Shown here in pieces: positions 59,810 through 64,000 of a stretch of 64,000 nucleotides of DNA. Numbering within the stretch: position 1 is the first letter of the stretch; each line of letters opens with the position of its first letter. The stretch comes from an uncultured Acidobacteriota bacterium (lineage in GTDB: Bacteria > Acidobacteriota > Thermoanaerobaculia > Gp7-AA8): contig CAVUKB010000010.1 of NCBI GenBank assembly GCA_963741955.1, positions 448,001 through 512,000 of the forward strand, written 5' to 3'. Under the pieces are notes generated by a model. It was not told where the DNA came from and did not search any database. It was given only the letters and a program-made list of their open reading frames with translations. A program made the position numbers and the translations under genes.

Positions 59810-61012
59810 ATGAACTTCTCGAGACGCACGAACTGGGCGGCCGGGACGAACCGGATCACGCTGGCGATCGAGGCGCGGCGACGCGCCGGGTACGAGATTC
59901 TCGACCTGACGGAAACGAACCCCACCCGGGTCGGACTCGAATATCCGGACGACGAGCTCGCATCGATTCTCGGACGCTCCAGCCGCGCGCGCTATGCGCC
60001 CGAATCGCTCGGGCTCTCGTCCGCACGGGAGTCGCTCGCAGCGAACATTCGAGCCGCCGGATTCGAGATCGATCCCGGCCGGATCGTCCTCACCGCGTCC
60101 ACCAGCGAGGCGTACAGCTTTCTCTTCCGCCTTCTCTGCGATCCCGGCGACTCGGTGCTCACCGGAGTTCCCTCCTACCCGCTGCTCGACCATCTCACCG
60201 CGCTCGACTCGGTGCGGCTCCTCCAGTTCCAGTTCCGCTGGCACGGCCGGTGGGAGCCGGACCTCCTCTCTCTGGCGGAGACGCTGGAAGAGCGAAGTCG
60301 CGCGCTCGTCGCGGTCCATCCGAACAATCCGACCGGAACGTATCTCGATCCGACGGAGCAGGACGCACTCGCAGCAGTCGCGCGCGAGAAGAAGATGGCG
60401 CTCGTCTCGGACGAAGTCTTCTTCGACTTTCCCCTGATGGACGGCGTCTCTCGAGCGCTCCCGGCATTCCTCCGGGAGGATGTGCTCGCGTTTTCACTCG
60501 GCGGGCTCTCCAAGAGTGCGGGCCTGCCGCACTGGAAACTCGGATGGATTCTCGTCGGCGGGCCGGAGGATCTCCGGCGCCGGGCGCTCGCGGGTCTCGA
60601 GCTGATTGCGGACACGTTCCTTTCCGTCTCCACGCCCGTTCAGGCCGCGCTTCCGGAGGTGTTGCGCGTCGCGCCCTCGATTCGCGACTCCATCACGGCG
60701 AGAACGCGCGCGAACCTCGCAGCGCTTCGAGAGGCTCTCGGGTTTTTGCCGGCCGTGGAGGTGCTGCCGGTGGAGGGAGGGTGGATGGCCGTGGTGCGCA
60801 TTCCGCGGACGTGCACGGATGAGGAGCTGGTGATCGATCTCCTGGAGCGGAGCGGGGTTGTAGTCCAGCCCGGCTATCTCTTCGACTTCGCTCGGGACGG
60901 GTTTCTGGTGCTCTCGCTCCTCCCGCCGCTCGATCGGTTCCGGGAGGGAGTGGCCCGGCTTGCTGCATATCTGGCAGGGCGGACGGAAGAAATGGACATT
61001 CCCCTGGATTAA
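59810..61012 (+). CDS. Class I/II PLP-dependent aminotransferase
   Basis: HPNNPTG, SDEVF, GLSKSAGLPHWKLGW. Confidence 0.92.
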   Translation: MNFSRRTNWAAGTNRITLAIEARRRAGYEILDLTETNPTRVGLEYPDDELASILGRSSRARYAPESLGLSSARESLAANIRAAGFEIDPGRIVLTASTSEAYSFLFRLLCDPGDSVLTGVPSYPLLDHLTALDSVRLLQFQFRWHGRWEPDLLSLAETLEERSRALVAVHPNNPTGTYLDPTEQDALAAVAREKKMALVSDEVFFDFPLMDGVSRALPAFLREDVLAFSLGGLSKSAGLPHWKLGWILVGGPEDLRRRALAGLELIADTFLSVSTPVQAALPEVLRVAPSIRDSITARTRANLAALREALGFLPAVEVLPVEGGWMAVVRIPRTCTDEELVIDLLERSGVVVQPGYLFDFARDGFLVLSLLPPLDRFREGVARLAAYLAGRTEEMDIPLD

Positions 61013-61021
61013 GCTATTGAA

Positions 61022-62032
61022 ATGATCTCGCCCGCCGACACTCTCGGCAGACCGCTTCGTGATCTGCGGATCTCGGTCACCGATCGCTGCAACTTTCGCT
61101 GTGTGTACTGCATGCCGCGGGAGGTGTTCGGGCGCGACTTTCACTTTCTTCCACCCGAAATGCTCCTCTCTTTCGAGGAGATCACCCGGTTAGCGCGAAT
61201 TTTCGTGTCGCTCGGCGTGGTGAAGATCCGCATCACCGGCGGCGAGCCTCTGCTGCGTCACGATCTGGAGAGGTTGGTCGCGATGCTCGCCCGCATCGAA
61301 GGGCTCCAGGATCTGACCCTCACCACCAACGGCTCGCTGCTGGAACAGAAGGCCGGGGTGCTCCGAGAGGCCGGGCTGAAACGGGTGACGGTGAGCCTCG
61401 ACTCGCTCGACGACGACGTCTTCCGGAGGATGAACGACGTCGACTTCGGGGTCGATCGCGTTCTGCGCGGCATCGACGCGGCGGTCCGGGCGGGCTTCTC
61501 GCCGGTCAAGATCAACATGGTTCTTCGTCGCGGATTGAACGACGGCACGGTCGTCGACGTGGCGCGCTTTTTCCGCGGGCCTGGATTCGTGGTCCGGTTC
61601 ATCGAGTACATGGACGTCGGAAACACGAACGGCTGGAGGCTCGACGACGTCGTGCCCTCCGCCGAAGTGCTGGAGCGGATCGCACGGGAGCTGCCGCTCG
61701 AACCGATGGAAGGATCGTATCGGGGGGAAGTCGCCGAGCGGTACCGCTACCGGGATGGAGGAGGCGAGATCGGCTTCATCTCATCGGTCACGCGTCCGTT
61801 CTGCGGCGATTGTACCCGGGCCCGCCTTTCGTCGGACGGGATGCTCTACAGCTGTCTTTTCGCCTCCCAGGGGACGGATCTCCGTTCCCTCCTCAGGGGA
61901 GCGGCCGGCGATGCGGAAGTCGCCGACGTGCTGCGACAGATCTGGATCTCGCGAACCGATCGATACTCCGAGCTCCGGACTGCAGAGACCAGTGGTCTCC
62001 CGAAGGTGGAGATGTCCCGGGTCGGCGGATAA
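61022..62032 (+). CDS. moaA: GTP 3',8-cyclase MoaA
   Basis: [28 protein letters not shown]-terminal GG. Confidence 0.97.
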   Translation: MISPADTLGRPLRDLRISVTDRCNFRCVYCMPREVFGRDFHFLPPEMLLSFEEITRLARIFVSLGVVKIRITGGEPLLRHDLERLVAMLARIEGLQDLTLTTNGSLLEQKAGVLREAGLKRVTVSLDSLDDDVFRRMNDVDFGVDRVLRGIDAAVRAGFSPVKINMVLRRGLNDGTVVDVARFFRGPGFVVRFIEYMDVGNTNGWRLDDVVPSAEVLERIARELPLEPMEGSYRGEVAERYRYRDGGGEIGFISSVTRPFCGDCTRARLSSDGMLYSCLFASQGTDLRSLLRGAAGDAEVADVLRQIWISRTDRYSELRTAETSGLPKVEMSRVGG

Positions 62033-62328
62033 GTCGTGACTCCATGGGGTGCGGCTCATCCGATCCGCCGCGAGAATCGTCTCGTGCGCGACGAATACGG
62101 AGCCTGTGGCTGCGCGCGAAGCGTCGGTGGCGGTGGTCGAGTCGTCGCGTCGGCCGGGCTCCGCTTCTGCCACAGAGCTCGTCACGATCGGCTCCGAACA
62201 CGATTGCCGCGGCGGATCAGAGGATCCGCGCCCCTCGGCGAGGAGTGACGCTACGGATACGGACCCCGCCCAGCGGGATTCGCGACGATCGCGTTGAATA
62301 GCCCGGTGAGCACATTGCAGACCGCACA

Positions 62329-62907
62329 TCATACCGAGCCGCCGAATTTCGGCGCGAGCCGTTCCGCCTTTGCCTGAACATCCTGGATGACGGGGAGGTT
62401 GGTTGCCGCGAAGTTCCTCACGTCAGCGTCCTGTAACCGGTTGATCCCCTCGTCGAAGCTGATGGATTCCGTCTGGTGCGTTTTTGCCACGAGCTCCGTG
62501 AAGCGGCGGTCGAAGCCATCGCTCCGGAGTGTTTTCACCTCTTCGATCTGCGAGGCGACGTCTGCGGCGGGAGTGAGGGGGAGCGGGACGTGCTTCCGCG
62601 TGGCGAGCTCCCTCAGCTCGGAATCGAAGCTCTGATACGAGTCGAGCATGGTCCGGGCGAGCTGACGGACGTCCGGATCCGTCGAGCTCATCAGACCGAT
62701 TCGCGCGAGATCGATCTGCGCGACACCGAACCGAGCGGCACCGACGAGGAACTGCCGGTCGAGGGATGACGGCGGCGGCGGGGCTTTCTTCCGTGTGGTG
62801 GCAGCAGTTCTTCGCCTCTGTTCGCTCATTGTCGCTCCGCCGTTGCAGGCGACTGCGGACGTGAGGAGAATGACCGCGATCAGGAAGAGCGAGAGAGGTC
62901 GGGACAT
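62329..62907 (-). CDS. DUF4142 lipoprotein
   Basis: AVAC lipobox, DRQFL..AA, DPDVRQLA, FDRRF, DADVRNFA. Confidence 0.85.
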   Translation of the reverse strand: MSRPLSLFLIAVILLTSAVACNGGATMSEQRRRTAATTRKKAPPPPSSLDRQFLVGAARFGVAQIDLARIGLMSSTDPDVRQLARTMLDSYQSFDSELRELATRKHVPLPLTPAADVASQIEEVKTLRSDGFDRRFTELVAKTHQTESISFDEGINRLQDADVRNFAATNLPVIQDVQAKAERLAPKFGGSV

Positions 62908-63067
62908 CGGAGGCGGCGGGTGCAACAGACTTGCCCGCCGGTATCGCGGAGCTCGCACACCCTTCGGCAGCGCAGACGTGACGAATCCGGAACAACATGG
63001 AGCGGCTCCTCTGTCACCTCCATCCGCGGCGTACAATCAGATCCATCGCAGAAAAGAGGAGATTTGC

Positions 63068-63592
63068 ATGAAAAAACGCTGGGTTCATGGGATCGTCGCG
63101 TCTCTGTTCATCGCTTCGGCCGCGTTCGCCGCCGCTCCGCAGGTGGGGCAGCAGGCTCCCGACTTCAGTCTGGTGAGCAGCGAAGGGAAACCGACGTCGC
63201 TGAAAGACTTCCGCGGGAAATGGGTGGTGCTCTATTTCTACCCGAAGGACTTCACCAGCGGCTGCACGCTGGAGGCGAAGAGCTTTCAACGCGATCTCGC
63301 CGAGTACGAGAAGGCGAACGCAGTGATCGTTGGAGTGAGCGTCGACAGCGCGGAGTCTCACAAGAGCTTCTGCGCGAAGGAAGGATTGCGGTTCCACCTC
63401 CTCTCCGATCCGGCCGGGAAGGTGTCGACGACGTACGGCTCGGTCATGGAGTACGAGGGATCGACCTACTCGGCCCGCAACACGTTCCTGATCGACCCGG
63501 AGGGGCGGATCGTGAAGACCTTCATGGGAGTCAAGCCGGCGGGACACAGCGAAGAGGTGCTCGCTGCGCTGGCGGAGCTCGAAAAGAAGTAG
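63068..63592 (+). CDS. bcp: Peroxiredoxin (Bcp/PrxQ) with signal peptide
   Basis: VVLYFYPKDFTSGCTLEA; Sec-type signal peptide. Confidence 0.9.
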   Translation: MKKRWVHGIVASLFIASAAFAAAPQVGQQAPDFSLVSSEGKPTSLKDFRGKWVVLYFYPKDFTSGCTLEAKSFQRDLAEYEKANAVIVGVSVDSAESHKSFCAKEGLRFHLLSDPAGKVSTTYGSVMEYEGSTYSARNTFLIDPEGRIVKTFMGVKPAGHSEEVLAALAELEKK

Positions 63593-63620
63593 CGGGATCG
63601 CCGACCGCGGGGAAGAAACA

Positions 63621-63649
63621 GAACGCCCCGGGAGAACCCCGGGGCGTTC
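63621..63649. terminator. Hairpin between convergent genes
   Basis: 12-bp stem GAACGCCCCGGG/CCCGGGGCGTTC. Confidence 0.7.
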
Positions 63650-63671
63650 ACCTGCTTCGTTCGCTCTGCTG

Positions 63672-64000
63672 CTATTTCGTTTTCACACAGCCGCCGTTCG
63701 CGTTCGACCATTCGTACTGGTACGCATACCCACCGGTGCCGATGAACGGCGTCGGCGACCAGGCGCACTTGTCGTCCGCTTCGTAGCCCCGGCGGTCGAA
63801 CCAGGCATTGCCGAGTGCGTCGGTGACCGCTTCGCGGGTCTCGTGGGTGGCGAAATGCTCCTGGTTCTGCGCGGCAGTGAAGCCGCTGACCTGGCAGCCG
63901 CTGCACCCCGGATACGGTTCGATCGAGTACTTCACGTTCTTGCCGGATCCATCGACGTAATGGCTGTGGTACGCGCAGTACGCGAGAGAGAACCCGGAGG
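63672..64000 (-). CDS. C-terminal part of a Cys-containing, probably exported protein (truncated by window end)
   Basis: YCAYHS...HETREAVTD...WFD..GYEADDKCAW...EWSN. Confidence 0.7.
   Translation of the reverse strand, partial: SGFSLAYCAYHSHYVDGSGKNVKYSIEPYPGCSGCQVSGFTAAQNQEHFATHETREAVTDALGNAWFDRRGYEADDKCAWSPTPFIGTGGYAYQYEWSNANGGCVKTK

Overview
A GC-rich bacterial window, possibly Acidobacteriota-like (inferred from gene content, not tested). Most of it is ordinary genes: malic enzyme, monomeric icd, two exported M3 peptidases, rnhA, ggt, a sirtuin, moaA, a sigma-54 two-component operon and a Phd-VapC toxin-antitoxin pair. The standout is a ~10.8 kb island at 21088-31903. An intact IS200-like Y1/HUH transposase (RAYT-like) sits between two inverted ~700 bp tandem arrays of structured 91-92 bp REP-like units. 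It is followed by two tandem copies of a cargo module (stand-alone AraC HTH, secreted Asp-box protein, secreted hypothetical protein). The upstream end of both copies is joined, at the same module position, to a different fragment of the transposase gene carrying its own REP units. One copy holds a complete ISL3 element, and the other copy shows the empty insertion site. Other notable items are a structured element and a MITE-like palindrome at 34.2-34.5 kb, a second REP family in 195 bp tandem units, gene relics (hypB, PxKF-like) and several intergenic short tandem repeats. All family calls come from motif recognition by eye; no database searches were run.
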